From: Gonapodya sp. JEL0774
Taxonomy: Eukaryota
DNA length: 35,956 bases
Assembly (NCBI GenBank): GCA_027604505.1
Contig: JADIIX010000184.1
Span: 1-35,956, forward strand
Direction of reading: 5' to 3'
Part shown: piece after piece, positions 22,690 to 35,800 of the stretch
Position numbering within the stretch: position 1 is the stretch's first letter
Layout: every line of letters starts with the position of its first letter
Position numbers and translations under genes: made by a program
Notes under the pieces: model-generated
The model's input: only the letters and a program-made list of their open reading frames with translations
What the model was told of the DNA's origin: nothing
Database searches by the model: none

Positions 22690-25135
22690 TCATGGCGATC
22701 CAATCACGGCTTCCTTGGAGAACGGTCCACCAGAACCGAGCCAACCCTCTAGTAAAGTCTTCACATCTCGGCCATTCCCTTGCCCTCCACCTCCACCTGC
22801 ACTCCCTTGCGAGCCCACGCTCCCGTTTATACTTCCGTACCCGTTCCCATTCTGCCCGTTCCAGCCCGGGCCAGTGGGAATCTGTCCACTGCCACTCCCT
22901 CCCCCTCCGCCTCGAGATCGACTGGATCCATTCGATGCGTTAAGGTCGATTGAGCCGTTCCCACCGTTAGCATAATACCCTTCCCGTCCCGAGTAACCGT
23001 TTGTGGACCCATAGCTTGCAGAGCCATTCTGCGGGGAGTTGCTATATCCATTCTGGGCTCCATTGGGACTGTATGAGAATTGAGCCGCTTGAAGTGCTGG
23101 GGAGGTCTGGTTCGCGAATCGGTCAGGGGAGGAGTAAGGCATTTCTGGTGTCCGGGGTCCACCAACAGAAACGGCACTCGGCGACTTTTGTAGGTAACCC
23201 GGGCTATTGATTGAAGGAGACCGACCCGGCAAGTCAAAGGAAGAGGACTGTCGTGCTGTCATGATTTCTACGGTGTCGGCGGAGCTACTCCTTGACACAG
23301 GAACCGAGGTCATAGAAGAAGAGGAATGGGAGGATGCGGTGGATGACTGCCGATCAAGTGTTTGGTCGGAGACAGTGCGAAGGAGGTGCATAGGTGGAGG
23401 AGATGGTTGACTCGGAGAGGTTCTTGGCTGGTTGTTATTTCGGAGCCTACAACAAAAGTTGTTGCAAGAAGATCGGATTTGTCAGTTTCCAACTCACAAT
23501 ACGACTAAAATAAAATTTAGTAGAAATGCGGTTCTCGGTTGTTGTGCTCACTTTCGGAACAAGGCATCGACCACAGCCATCTTTGGCGCAATACCCTCAA
23601 CGTCCGCTCTGCGGAGGGTCTCTGCTGGTAAATCATTGAATCGAACCCTATCCCACAGCTGCATCCTTGCTGACTCGTTCAGCCACGCTTTGTTACGATG
23701 AACGGCGATATAACCACGGATGTGCTTGTAAGTATCCGATGGTGTCCAGAGGGCCGCCCGTTCGGGAACTGTTCGCATGCGATCCGAGATAGGGCTACCT
23801 GAAGGAGGGTTCGTAGGACGGGGAGATTGAGGTACGTTGGTAGCGTGGTCCGCAGCCCGTAGGAAGAATTGTAATGAGCAACCCGAGAGCGCTGACGGGT
23901 CCTCGTCCAGAACCTTCGCTGCAGCATCAAGGATGGGGATCTCCGGTGTACCGGCTGTACTCCATAGTTGTTCGAGATCTTGAATTGCAATACCCTCAAA
24001 TGATACTCGGGACCAGAGAGCAGCTGCCGCAGCGGGGCTCAGGGTCATGTTAGTGCGTTGTTTGACCTCGACGAAATTTCGCACGAGCTCCAAGTGATCA
24101 TCTACGGGAACGTGGTCCAGAATATGTGCGAAAGCTTCTGTAGAAGTGATCGCAAGCACGAGTTCGTCTGTATCTCTACCACCCGCTACCTGGACGAGGC
24201 GGTTGGTTGCCAGCTGCGCGATTTCGGGTTCCTCCCATCTTCGAGCCTGAACCGCGATAGAATGAAGTTCATCGGGTGGTGTATCCGCATCTGGATCGAC
24301 GAGGGAATCTCGAAGTACGAGATCGTAGTGGGAGCGAAGTTCAGTGAGCTCAAACATGTTCGATATTCGATGAATACCGAGGATAAGGTCCCATTGGCGT
24401 TCCGGGACAGGCATAGCTGAAACGTCCATCGTCTCGTCTGAGTACATGTACCAGAGGATGAATCCGAGTGCCTCGTGCAACAGTTCGTGGTCGGGGAAGG
24501 ATGGGAGATCGTACATGGGGATTCCGGTGACCGATAGCTCAGTGGGCCGGGTTTGCGTAAAGAGATCGTCGAAAAACTGGGACCGCTGAGCAAGAACTAC
24601 ACGATGGGCAGGAAACGTGCTCAGCTTAATGGGGTGGGATGTTGTAAAATATGCCGAGAGTCAGAGTGTCCCAACGAGCAGATTGCACGTTGCGGCGGGA
24701 GTGGAGTCAATTGAGTGGAAAATGGAAGGTTGAGCGGGCAAGAGTAGTGTGTGAAAAGGTTTTGTGTGGTGGATCAACCGATTTTGAGTGGTGCTTCGTT
24801 TCATTCGGGGCCTGAGACACATTCCACTGAGTACCCACCTTGCCATCGTTTGTCTGCACTTTCAGCACCGAATCCACAAACTTTGTCGACTTGAGAAATG
24901 GAACGAACCCAAGAGTCACTTGGCCGGAGGTCTGTTCTGGGGTGGAAGGGGACATTTGCTTGCTAGACCGTTTTCCAGGCTCCCTGGATTTTGAGCGTTT
25001 TGTCTTGACGGCGGGAGAGTTACTTCTGTTGGCTGACCGTGGCTGCTTTGCCGGTTTTGGGGAAACAGACCGGGTTCTGTCCTGCATGGACATGGTAGGC
25101 GCCTTGGCTGAGCGGTGGCTGCTGTTCGTGTCCAT
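22690..25135 (-). CDS. BTB/POZ-BACK-like protein, paralog A, ~708 aa
   Basis: Exons 25135-24839, 24624-23552, 23446-22690. BTB signature FVDSVLKV...FPAHRVVLAQRSQFFDDLF...ILWYMYS...SNMFELTEL. BACK-like LWSRVSF and LWDRVRFNDL. Ser/Gly/Asn-rich tail. Confidence 0.85.
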
Positions 25136-26312
25136 CGCTCCTGTCCACCCGCTGGAGATTCCAAATCAAGGAAAACGATGCAGCAACTAGAGGTCCGTGG
25201 TTTGCTTGCTTGCTGGGTTCGTTTGGTGGTTTGGTTTCTCTGGCGGGGCTTCTTCCTGTTCTCCGCCCTGTTACCGTAACCAAAGCATTGCAATTCCACC
25301 CCCATCCACCCATTGCTTGCAATATATTTACACACTCTGCTATTCTGCCTTGTAAACTCTTGCGACAAATTTACTTTTTCTAACGTTATTGATGCCCTCT
25401 TCCAAACTTGAACGTGGCGACTCGGGTTAGTTCCCCTCACATTGCGGAACGGTCCAAACATATTTTCATGAACACAAGCATATCCCCCATTTCTTCTCCA
25501 CCGTTATTCACCTGGTCAATTTGGCTATCAAAACGTCACAATCCTCTTTGCACCCGTTGTCTGAAGAAAAAGGCAAGTCATCTTGCAGCCTGAAAGGGTG
25601 AAACTGCGCCGAGGAGCAAACTCGAAAAAGGCAGAACCAACAGGCAGAGCATCGAAGGGATACCCAAATACATAAATAGACGTGGCTGCGAATTCGTCCG
25701 CCAGCAGCGAACGAGGCAGATTGTATTTGGACTGTTGCCAATCCACGAACTGTGACCCGGAGCCTCCTGTATTGACTGGCGTGTTCAGGCACGCACTGTT
25801 CCACCAACACGGCAACAAACTCCTCCACATATCTTTGATGTGTAAAGGTTATTCTGCCTGTGCGTGCACAGTTCCTGATATTTCGTCATATTAGAGACCG
25901 CGATATCGGACTCGCTCTCAGATGATCTCAAGGTGCGGGCCGGCGGTTGCATGGCCGTTGACGCAGGTACATTCAAATAAATAGGTCTGCATTCACTCTT
26001 TCCTGTGCATTTACCCCATCAAAACGCACCAAGCGACAGAAGAATTTGTGGTCAGCTTTCTGCAGATCTGTTTTCATCCAAATGTCGTTTGACCCGTGTT
26101 TTCCAACACGCCGCTCATTCCAATGTGGAAGTTGGAATTGATAAGTTTTCTACGCACTTTACATACGAGAATACATTCCACGAGTATCGCAATGCGACGC
26201 TTCGGTCACCTCCCACATCAAAGAATACTACATAATATCCAATGTGATCTACACCCTATGAAACTCCAACCAGCCGGCCCACATAGACACAACATTACCG
26301 ACTACATTTTAC

Positions 26313-28607
26313 CTAATATCGCGACCGGCCCCCGCCACCCCGCTGATCCCTCTCCATCCTCGGGTCTCTCTGTGCTTCCCTCTCCATTCTCGGATCTCTG
26401 GGCGGTTCTCTCTCCGGGTAACCCATAGCGCCTTTGCTCACCGTGCGTGCGGGAGGAAGTGGCGCACCGGACGAGTCCAGCTCGTCCCCACCACCACGCG
26501 TATCGTAACCGCCGTTGCCGGATATGGTACTGGCGGTGGAATATGTGGCGATAGAGTTTGCTGTGCTTGAGCGGTTGAGAGCGGTGGAAGATGATGCGCC
26601 AGACGATGCCGGGGATGGTGTGGAGGAGGCGGGGGACGGGAAAAACCCAGAGCCATTGGAAGGGTAAGGTCGATGAGCGTTGCTTGGGTTACGGCGGACT
26701 CTAGATGAAGATTAGCGGAAGGACAGAGAGCACCAAGGATGGGAATGTAGTAAGAAAGTAGAGGGAATGCCAAGTTTCAAAGATGGTAGGTGATATAGTG
26801 TTGGACGAGAAAAGTGAGATAAAGACAATTCGAGTGGAGAATGTGGTGTGATTATTTCAAATGCAAACAACGGGTCAACGTGGAAATGGAAGGAATGCGG
26901 ATGCAGTGGAAGGGCGCGAGAAGGGGGGAAAGCGGGAAGGAGCGGGGAAAGATTGTGAGGGCGGGAGGAGGCAATTTTGGATATCAAGATCCGCTCATCG
27001 AAGCCTTCACCCCGCCGACAGAACCGTCAACAAGGTGGAGGACCCCACGTATTTTCACAACAACTCACTTTCGGAACAGTGCTCCAACGACCATATCGTT
27101 TGGTGCCAAGTTCGCCTCGTGAATCCGCTTGAGTTCTTCGACCGTCATGTCATCCAGTTTTACTCGGCTCCACAGATGGATACGTTCATCCTCGTCCAGG
27201 TCGGGTCTGGCCGCACAAAAGGCCGCCAAAAGATTGCACATGCGAGATGTGGACCATGCGGTGTAAAGCATCGATCGTTGCGGTGCGGAGCCGTCCGACG
27301 GAGGAGGAGGAGCTGTGGCATGGTCCAGCGTTGCAGAGAATAAGTCCTCTGAGACGCTTTCAAGAGATCGCGGATCTTGTGCGAGGAGGCGGGTCGCAGC
27401 GTCTAAAACGAGGTGGACAGGTACGTCTTCGCCAGCGAAGGCAGATTCCACTTCAGGGAGAGTAAGTGTGTGGAAGGGGACGCGAGCCCATAAGGTAGTG
27501 AGTTGTTCCTGTGTTGGGGACTGCTTTGCATTGGTGCGAACTCGGATCCATCGCCGGACAATGTCGAACGTGAAGGAGGGGTCGGAGGAATTGATGACGG
27601 TGGCGATGAGATCGTAGGAGGAGCGAGCCAGCGCGGCATCAGGTGCGTCGGGGCGCCCTACAAGTGCCAGTAATCGTTCCATGGCCGCCTTGGACACATC
27701 ACGGACCGCCCATTTGGTTGCCTCTGTGAAGATGGTGAACAGATCCTGCGGGCTCGGATTTGACCGCGGATCGTCGAGGACGGCGCCGATGATTCGGGCG
27801 GTGAAATCGTGGAGTTGTGTGAGCTCAAACATGTTGGAGACGTGGTGGACTCCGAGGACCAGACCCCACTCGAACTCGGGGATGGGGATGCGGTCCGGAT
27901 CGGCCATGGAGTAGATATACCAGAGATTGAATCCGAGAGCCTCGTGGAGGGCCTCATGAGCTGGGAAAACGGGCATTTCGAACATGGGGACGCCGTTTTG
28001 GTTGGTTTCCGATGGTTCAATGTCCGAAAAAAGAGCATCGAAAAAAGGGGATCGCTGGGAGAGAACGACACGGTGCGCAGGAAACGTCGAGACCTTCCGG
28101 GGAGAGAGCGTGCGAGAAGCGATGACGGGTGGTAGTACAGGATTGATGAGATCCGGATGGAGGGTTACCGATAAACAAGTCATCAGTCACCCAAACGAAC
28201 GAGAAAGAGAGAGAACACCCGGAAATCCCCCGAATATTCCTCCACCCCTTGCAGCTATCCCATAACCATGTCCAGACACGAGAAGGTCTCCGACCGGTGG
28301 AGACTCCTTGAAAACTCACTTGCTTATCTGTCGTTTGCACCTTGAGGATGCAGTCCACATACTTTGCACTCTTCAAGAACCGAATAAACCCCGAATGCGT
28401 CGGCGGCATGTCCTCTCCTCCATCGCTGCCCCCCTTTTGCGCCCTATGTCTCGTCGTCTTTGCCTTCCTCTGCTGCCCTCCGGCTTTACTTCTGCTTCCC
28501 CCGCCGTTCCGTCCGGACCCGTAGTCCCCAGGCGACTGTCCGTTTTCTGACGGTGAAGGAGAGCGAGATTTTGCCATGCGGGTGTCGTTGTCACGACCGC
28601 GCAGCAT
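26313..28607 (-). CDS. BTB/POZ-BACK-like protein, paralog B, ~566 aa
   Basis: Exons 28607-28320, 28093-27069, 26700-26313 (branch point GCTAAT before the 26701 acceptor). YVDCILKV...FPAHRVVLSQRSPFFDALF...LWYIYS...SNMFELTQL. LWARVPF and LWSRVKL. The tail ends RDPRMERE..RDPRMERD..GRSRY*. Confidence 0.85.
26345..26400 (-). repeat. Two-copy ~27-nt coding tandem repeat (RDPRMER[E/D])
   Basis: Minus strand AGAGATCCGAGAATGGAGAGGGAAGCACAG followed by AGAGACCCGAGGATGGAGAGGGAT in the last exon of BTB paralog B. Confidence 0.6.
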
Positions 28608-31372
28608 GGCTAGAAAATATTTGGCTGGAAGGGGAGCTTTGGGTGTGGGTTTGGGGGTGGAGCGGGGCAAAGCGGTGTGGCGGTGGAGGCCGAGGTGACC
28701 GAACTCTGACTTGCCGCTTTTTTTTTGCACTTTTTGTCACAACAACAGATCCAATGGCCGGCGTCGATGCGAAGCAACGGTTGCAACATATTTAGACAGT
28801 TTTGTATAACTAGAATTCGTGATTAGCGGTCCTGATAGCTTGCTCGTTGTCTAATAATGAGATATATATACATCTCGGCCAACTTCATCGCTACCCCCCA
28901 CCATTCAGCATCACGCCTTCTACACTGGTACAGTCAGTTTCACTCCTAACGTACTGGTTTCCCCGCAGATTCTTTCAGAGATCACAGATGGTGATCCCCG
29001 CTCTTTGGACACCTCCCAACCTATTATAAAGGACCCATGACACAAAGGCGACCAAATAGAACCGATCACCGTCGCAGATGTGAACATATGTATGTAGTGT
29101 GCATCGCGAGAACAATCTGATAAGGTCCATTGAACGAGAGATCATACCTGTGGGGCTTTTCACCTTTTCTTCACAACAATACGGCACACCTCACTGTCAG
29201 AACCGAACAAAAGCGCACCCTTTTGCAGGTACGGCAGCGGTAATATAAGAGTGAAAACCAAAAAGGTTGTTTTTTTTTTATGATTTTCCCTCCGCTCCTT
29301 CCGCTCCCCCCCTTGACTCACGATCGCGTTTGCTGTCCTGGAACCCCTCATCAATCACGTTGCGCACAAGCCCGCTGCGCACTTAGTAGTCCGAGCATCT
29401 GGCTTTACTCCTCTGTCGTGAAGCGTGCGTATCGACACACATCATCGCACACCCATCACGTCACGAGTTCAAGCACCACGACCGCCGTGTCTACGGCACA
29501 GAATGCACACTCTGTGGATGTAGTTTCCTGAGCAAGACAAAACCATTTGTATCTTATTCCTAGTTTCCCGCAGTAAGGTGGCAAGTCCTGGTCAGGATTG
29601 TGTGGAGAACGTCATCTGATGTCGCGGAGGCACACTGTGTCGGATCGAATGGGAATGTCATGTGCACTGTGCTCAAATGATGTCAATTCATGAAGCGGAA
29701 CGACACTATAGGACCGAGAAATATTTATAGTGAAACAAGGAACAAACCACTCTCAACGCTCATCAGGCAGTTCAGTGGCACCACACGTGGCACTAATCAC
29801 CCGACCTCGCAGTACCACGTCAAGTGCGTCCCGATCCACCCACGGTCCCACAACCCCGTCCCACCCCTCCCTACTCCTCACCATACGCCGAACGTGCCCC
29901 CCGGTCCGCAATGACTTTGTTGGAGCGCCCCCAGCCTGGGCCACACCGCGAACCGCGAAACGCGAACCTCCGGCACCAAAGATGAGGATCCAATTTTTCG
30001 GAGGGGGCGGGCGCGCCCTAACCTGGCGACGCTATGCTTGAATACGTTGTGGTAACTTGGGCGTGGTTGAGCGCGTGCAGCTTCAGTTCTTTCGTTTCAC
30101 ACAAGCGGCGACCGATCTCGCCGTCAAGCACAACCAACCGCCACCACCACCACCTTCCCCCGCCCCTGTCGGCGATTCCCACCGCCCAACCCCTGCACCA
30201 CGCCGGGTTGGCCCATTAATAGAACTTGGACCGAGGGTCCGAGCGTGCGGACTGTGGAAGGGGGCGTCGGCGGTGGTGATGGATGATGGGTCACGGGTAC
30301 GTGGCCAGATCACGGACCTTGGTCCTGGAAGGGCGGACGTACTCGATGGTGATCTGGACACAGTACAAACTTATGTGGATCCCCCGCGTCGGAGACACGC
30401 CCACACCGAACCCTAGGGGTCTCGTCCCTCCCTCGGCTCCGACGTACCGTACCCGTCCCTCTCCCGTCCCGTCTTTCTTGTCCAGGTTAAGTCGGGTTTC
30501 TGGTACGGTTCGAAGTTCACAATGCGGTGCGGTCATGGTGCGGTAGCTTCAAATTCAAGCTCGGTGCCGATCGCGATTCCCGACCATGCACGTGCACGTC
30601 ACGTACACGGTGGACCTCGGCGTGCAAACTTCCACGGTGACGGCGCGCACACCCACCGTCCCGTGTCCCTCCCACCGCGCCCCCCCTCTCCTCCCCCACC
30701 ACGTACTCTTGGCATTGACGGCACGTTGTTTGGGGATCACGCCCTCGACGCGATTTTGACATTTTCATCATTCGTTATACTGCAAACAAACAAACAGACA
30801 CACCCCCCATCCCCGACTTTTCTCGTTACACTGTTAAATCTCGGGGTTTTTTAAACATGATATTTCCCTCCTGGCCACGCATAGGGAGATCACGGTTTCA
30901 CCTTGCCTCGGCCCGTCCCAGTGCAGACCTTCATGTTCATACTGTTCAGTTCGTGTGCTGCTGAGATCCGCCGCTGGGGGATCGTAACGTGTGGTGTGGT
31001 GGATGTGGGTTCGGTGTGTATTGGCGGGGTTTGGAGTGTCGGTGGTGCGAGCCGGACCGAGTCGTGGTGGTGGTGGGCCGAGGGACCGAGGAGGACGCGG
31101 GACGGGGGACGGAAAGAGATCGTCAGTACGTATGTTCAGTGATGGTACTGATCATGCCCCCGTCTCGCTCTCTCCATCCCGTGCCGCAATTTCCCCTTGC
31201 GAACCCCCGCAGGCATGGCCAAGCCCCCATGGTCATTACAGCCACGGACCACGCACGGACGGACGGCGGGCAGACCGGCTGGTCCGTAACCCTAACCCGC
31301 ACACAGCCGGGAAGCGCGCGAACGGCAATGGCAACGGCACACACCAAACCCGCACAACCCGTACGGACTGAC

Positions 31373-32304
31373 TCACAGAAACTGCGCCGCAAAACCTCCC
31401 AACTGCGCCAACCCGTCTCCACCAGCGCCACCCGCACCCGCACCCGCACCGCCGCCCAGCTTTGACTTGACGAGGTTGACGATGGAGTTGACGTCTGGAA
31501 GGTGTGTGTGTGGGGTGTGTGTGGGGGGGGGGGAGGGTGGGTGGAGGGGGTATTGGGGGTTGGTGAAGGTGAAGAAGGGCATGACAGAGGGGGAACATGG
31601 GGTGCAGGACTCTACGTACCGAGTCCCTTTGCGCTGTCCTGGGGGATTTTGGAAATCAGGCCTTGGATCATGGAGAGGTCGATGCCGGGGGGGAGTTTGG
31701 CTGGGTGGGGGCGATATTGGGGGCAAGGTGGGGAGGAGGGATCGGGGGATCGGAGGGGGAGGTGAGAAGGGAAAAGGCAAGGAAGACGGTATGAGAAGGG
31801 GGTGCGGGACTGGTGCTTGGCATGACCCTAGGCTGCCCTTGCCGCGGATCGACCATCACGACGGCCTGCACGTGCACCGAACGGACCCGACCCCCACCCC
31901 CGCACGAGAAGACCTGTTTACCCACCAGCCAACTGGGCCACGTCAATGTGGCTGAGGAACTCGGGGAGCTGGAATCCGCCTGCTTGACCGGCGCCGGCGC
32001 CGCCCTGGCTGGACAGGGCGCCCTCGGCGGCCTTGAGGATGGAGCCAAAGTCGAGTCCTCCCGAGGAAGTACCGGCACCGGTACCGGCAGCGGCAGTGGC
32101 AGCAGGAGGGGAACCAGATCCAGAGCCGGCAGCAGGAGCGGCGACGGGGGTTGAGTCCGAGACGTCGTCAGGGTTGAACGAGGCAGCTGCCCCTGTGGAG
32201 GCAGATTGGGTCTGGACGGAGGGGGAGTCGTTTTGGGCGGACTGGGACGCTTGGTAGTCAGAGAGGGCAGAGGAGGCGGTGGAGGCGAGTTTTCCCCAGT
32301 CCAT
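31373..32304 (-). CDS. Small Gly/Ala/Ser-rich hypothetical protein with short amphipathic helices, ~193 aa
   Basis: Exons 32304-31926, 31700-31620, 31494-31373, phase-compatible: MDWGKLASTASSALSDY...GGLDFGSILKAAEGALS...IDVAQLAAKLPPGIDLSMIQGLISKIPQDSAKGLDVNSIVNLVKSKLGGGAG...LGGFAAQFL*. The stop overlaps a GTGAGT, so one more exon is possible. Confidence 0.7.
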
Positions 32305-32886
32305 TGGTGGTGCGGTGTGTGTGTGTATTTGTGGGTTGGGTTGGGTTGAGTTTGGAGTCTGGTGTTTATATTTGAGGTTGTTGTCGGCTAATCCTCCAAA
32401 TCCAAGCCAAGAAAGGGTCGGCCTTTTTTCGCTCCTTTTTTTGTTTGCTTTGTTTATTTTGTTTTCTGTGATTTTCTTTTTTCGCTGAATTGGAGATGTG
32501 TACAGGGAGGGACGACAATGAAATGAGTAGATAGTGGTACATTGCAGGGTATTACCATTACAGAGAAGCACAGTGGGGGGTGGAGGGAATTGGAGAGGGA
32601 GAGGAAGCGATGTCATGAGTGCGTCATAGATCAGATTTGACCAGAGACGAGGCGTAGTATGATATAGGGAAGAGAAGAAGGAGTGGGGGGGGAGTAACAG
32701 ACAGATTTGGGACGAGAAAAAAAAGAAGAGCCGGATTTGGACAGGTGTTGTGTTGATGGGGACTGGGGACGGGGGAGGCCGCTTGTGCCACACCAACCCA
32801 TCAAGCGGGTGCCCCTGCACCCCTGCACACAGTCGCGACCAAACGCGGGACCCACACCCAGACACGCAGACACCACCGCACCAGAA

Positions 32887-35800
32887 ATGTCCCCCACACC
32901 CACACTGACACGTGCAGTGGCCCTCTGTCTCCCACTCCTGAGTCTCGCGCTGTCTGCCAGTGCTGCATGGCCCAGTCTGTGGTCGCCAAACGCCAAACCC
33001 GCGTCCCCATCTTCGGCCTCCCTCACTTCCCACATCCTGCTCGTGTATTCCTCTCAAAACTGCTCTGGTGCGTTCTCTTCCCTTCCCTCTCTTCCCCCCC
33101 TTCCCCTTCTCCCTTCCCCCTTCTCCCTTCCCCCTTCTCCCTTCTCCCTTTAACCCTCCATCCAACTCCCGCCACTCTCATCATCTCCCTCTCTCTCTCT
33201 CTAACAAACCTTCCTATCTTTTCATTTCTCTTCTTTTTCTTCCTTTCTCTCTCCCTCCATCTCCAATCTCCCATCTCCCTTCTCCCCCTCTCCAAAAAGG
33301 CGCACCCGACGCCTTCCACCTCTCCCTCTCTCACTCAAACGACTTCTCCCTCCCTTGTCTCCCTTCCCCTCTCCAAATCCCCTGCCAATCTTCGAGAATA
33401 TCTTACTCCAACCCTTCAATCGCCGGCTCAACTCCTGCCGCTCCCATCTGGGGCTCAAAACGTCACGGTTGTCTCTCCTCTCATCTCTCTGTATCTCAGA
33501 TCCTACACGACCTCGAGTCCACCCAGGTTGCACCTGTCGTTGCTACCCCTGTCGATGATGATGCAAGTACAAGTCAAAGTGCCGGTGTCGGTGCCGCACT
33601 CTTTGACGACTCAGCACTCATGGTACAACCGGCCACCCACCCCGCACTCAACGTCATCGGTGAGTTTTTCACGTCCACACATCTCCACGTTCACCTTGAA
33701 CGTGGGGGAACGCACGACCCCACCATCGATGCCTCGCGCCCTGTACTGTACTTCCTATCGCATCGGCGGAGAGGGGGCCGGGACGACGTGGGTCCTCGTA
33801 TCTGGTCATTCACTTTGGTTTGGAGTGTTGGGACCAGGCTACGCTCGGTACATCCGACCGATCGACCCACCGAGTGCCGAGTGCCGAGTGCGACGCCACG
33901 GTCCTGTCTGGTGCATCGTTTTCCCTCGTTCCACCGACCTTGACTCACCCTCCCTGGTCCACCTTACACCTTTACCCCCCTCCACATTCACTCACCCGCT
34001 CTGGTCAACCTTTCCCCCCTCCCCCCCATCCCCCATTCCCCCCCGCCCCCGGCGCCGCCCCCCCCCACAGCCCCACCCCCCCCCCACAACACCAACCCCC
34101 CCAAAAACCNNNNNNNNNNNNNNNNNNNNNNACAGCCACAGCCTCCCCCCTCTACTCCATCCGCACCACTTTCCGTCCCTCCACCTCCCCTTCCTCCCCA
34201 CTCACCTGCCACCCGTCGACGCTGGTCTCTTCCGAAGCCTGGCTGGCCCACGACACCTGCACGCCCCTGTGGACCTTCCCCGAGGTGGAACACGGGTTGC
34301 AAGTGAGGTATTGGGTCAGGAACGGGTGTGGTGGGGGGTGGAGGTGGTATGAGGTGGGTTTGGGGTTTGGGGTTTGCGGTGCGGTCGGGGTGGGTCGCCA
34401 GCGGGAACAAGGGGGGCGAGATGGTGATGGGAGTCGAGGGGTATGCAGAATCTCGACGTACAGGAGCCAGCAGGTGACCTGGGTGGATGATCAGTTGCCC
34501 CTCGATCATGGGCCATGGTGCACCACCTGCCCACCCTTGTCCCGTCCCCCCTTTTCTCACCTCCTTCCCCTTCCCATTCCCCTTTCCCATTCCCCTTTCC
34601 CATTCCCCTTTCCCCCACCCCCGCACCCACGAACCCACGCCACCCACAAAAGGACCCCTCCTGCACCCACGACGTTGGCGGAGGGTCGTACTCCCCGTTT
34701 GGCGGGTGCTTCGAGAGCGTGGACGGGTATGCGGTGGATATGTGGTGGGTTTTGGGGGGGTGTGGGGTTAGGGTGTGGGGATATGGGGGTATGGGGATAG
34801 GGGGGTATGGGGATAGACAGGGGGGATGAGGGGATAGGGGGCATGGGGATAGACATGCGATACGAGCCGGCCCACGGCGCTGCCGCTGAGTGCATGAGTG
34901 GATCGGGGAGTGCACGTGCACGTCGGGGGCGGTGCATGGATTTTGCTTTGAACCAGTCTCAACGCCACTCACGATCCAACCGCCCACCCCCCAAATCCCC
35001 CCAGCGCCTCCTCCACCTCCCCCCCCCTCAACGACCCCACCTCGCCCCACTTCGTCCCCCCCACCGCCCGCAAGTCCAAACCCCTCGACGCCGCCGGCAA
35101 GCGCGACCGCATGCACCGCAGGCAAACCGCCGCCGTGACCACCACTGCCGCTCCGCCCGCCACCACGGCAGCGCCTGCCACCACGGCCCCCGCCGCGTCG
35201 TCGTCGTCCTCGGCCGCCACGAGCGCGGCCCCGGCGAGTAGCAGTGCGGCACCATCGGCATCGTCGAGTAGTGCGGCGACAAGTGCGGCGGCGGCGTCGA
35301 GTAGTAGTAGTAGTAGTGCAGCGGCGTCCTCGTCGGCCAGTTCGAGTGCCACGGTGGCGTCGTCCACCACGGCGGCCAGGTCGTCTTCGTCCTCGGCCAC
35401 CGCCACCACGACCAGCACGACGGCATCCGCTGCGTCCGACACGGGGTCGGCTCTCTCCACCCCCGCCATCGCCGGGATCGCCGTTGGCGGTGCGGCGGGA
35501 GTGATTTTGCTCGGCGGGGGTTTGTACATGCTCACCCGACCGAGCCAAAAATACTCGCCGCCCAAAGGCCTCGGCACCCGGCCTGCGGGCGGGGGCAACT
35601 ACGAGCTCAACTATGGGCGGTACTCTGGCGGGGGTGGTGGTGGCGGCAACGGGAGCGGCAGCCTCATGGCCTCGCAGGACTCGTTGCTGGTGGACAGGAA
35701 CCACTCGGTGCGCCCCACGTACGGCGTGCCGTCCACGCAGATGGTGGCCGCGGGGGGGTTCGGTGGGCAGGGGCAGGGACAGTCGGGGTACATGAGTCCC

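Noticed and set aside
31287..31298. TAACCCTAACCC telomere-like dimer
   Set aside because: Only two units, internal, with no array.
28800..31300. Short ORFs between BTB paralog B and the Gly/Ala gene
   Set aside because: No consistent exon chain or motif found; treated as intergenic/UTR, though a small gene cannot be excluded.
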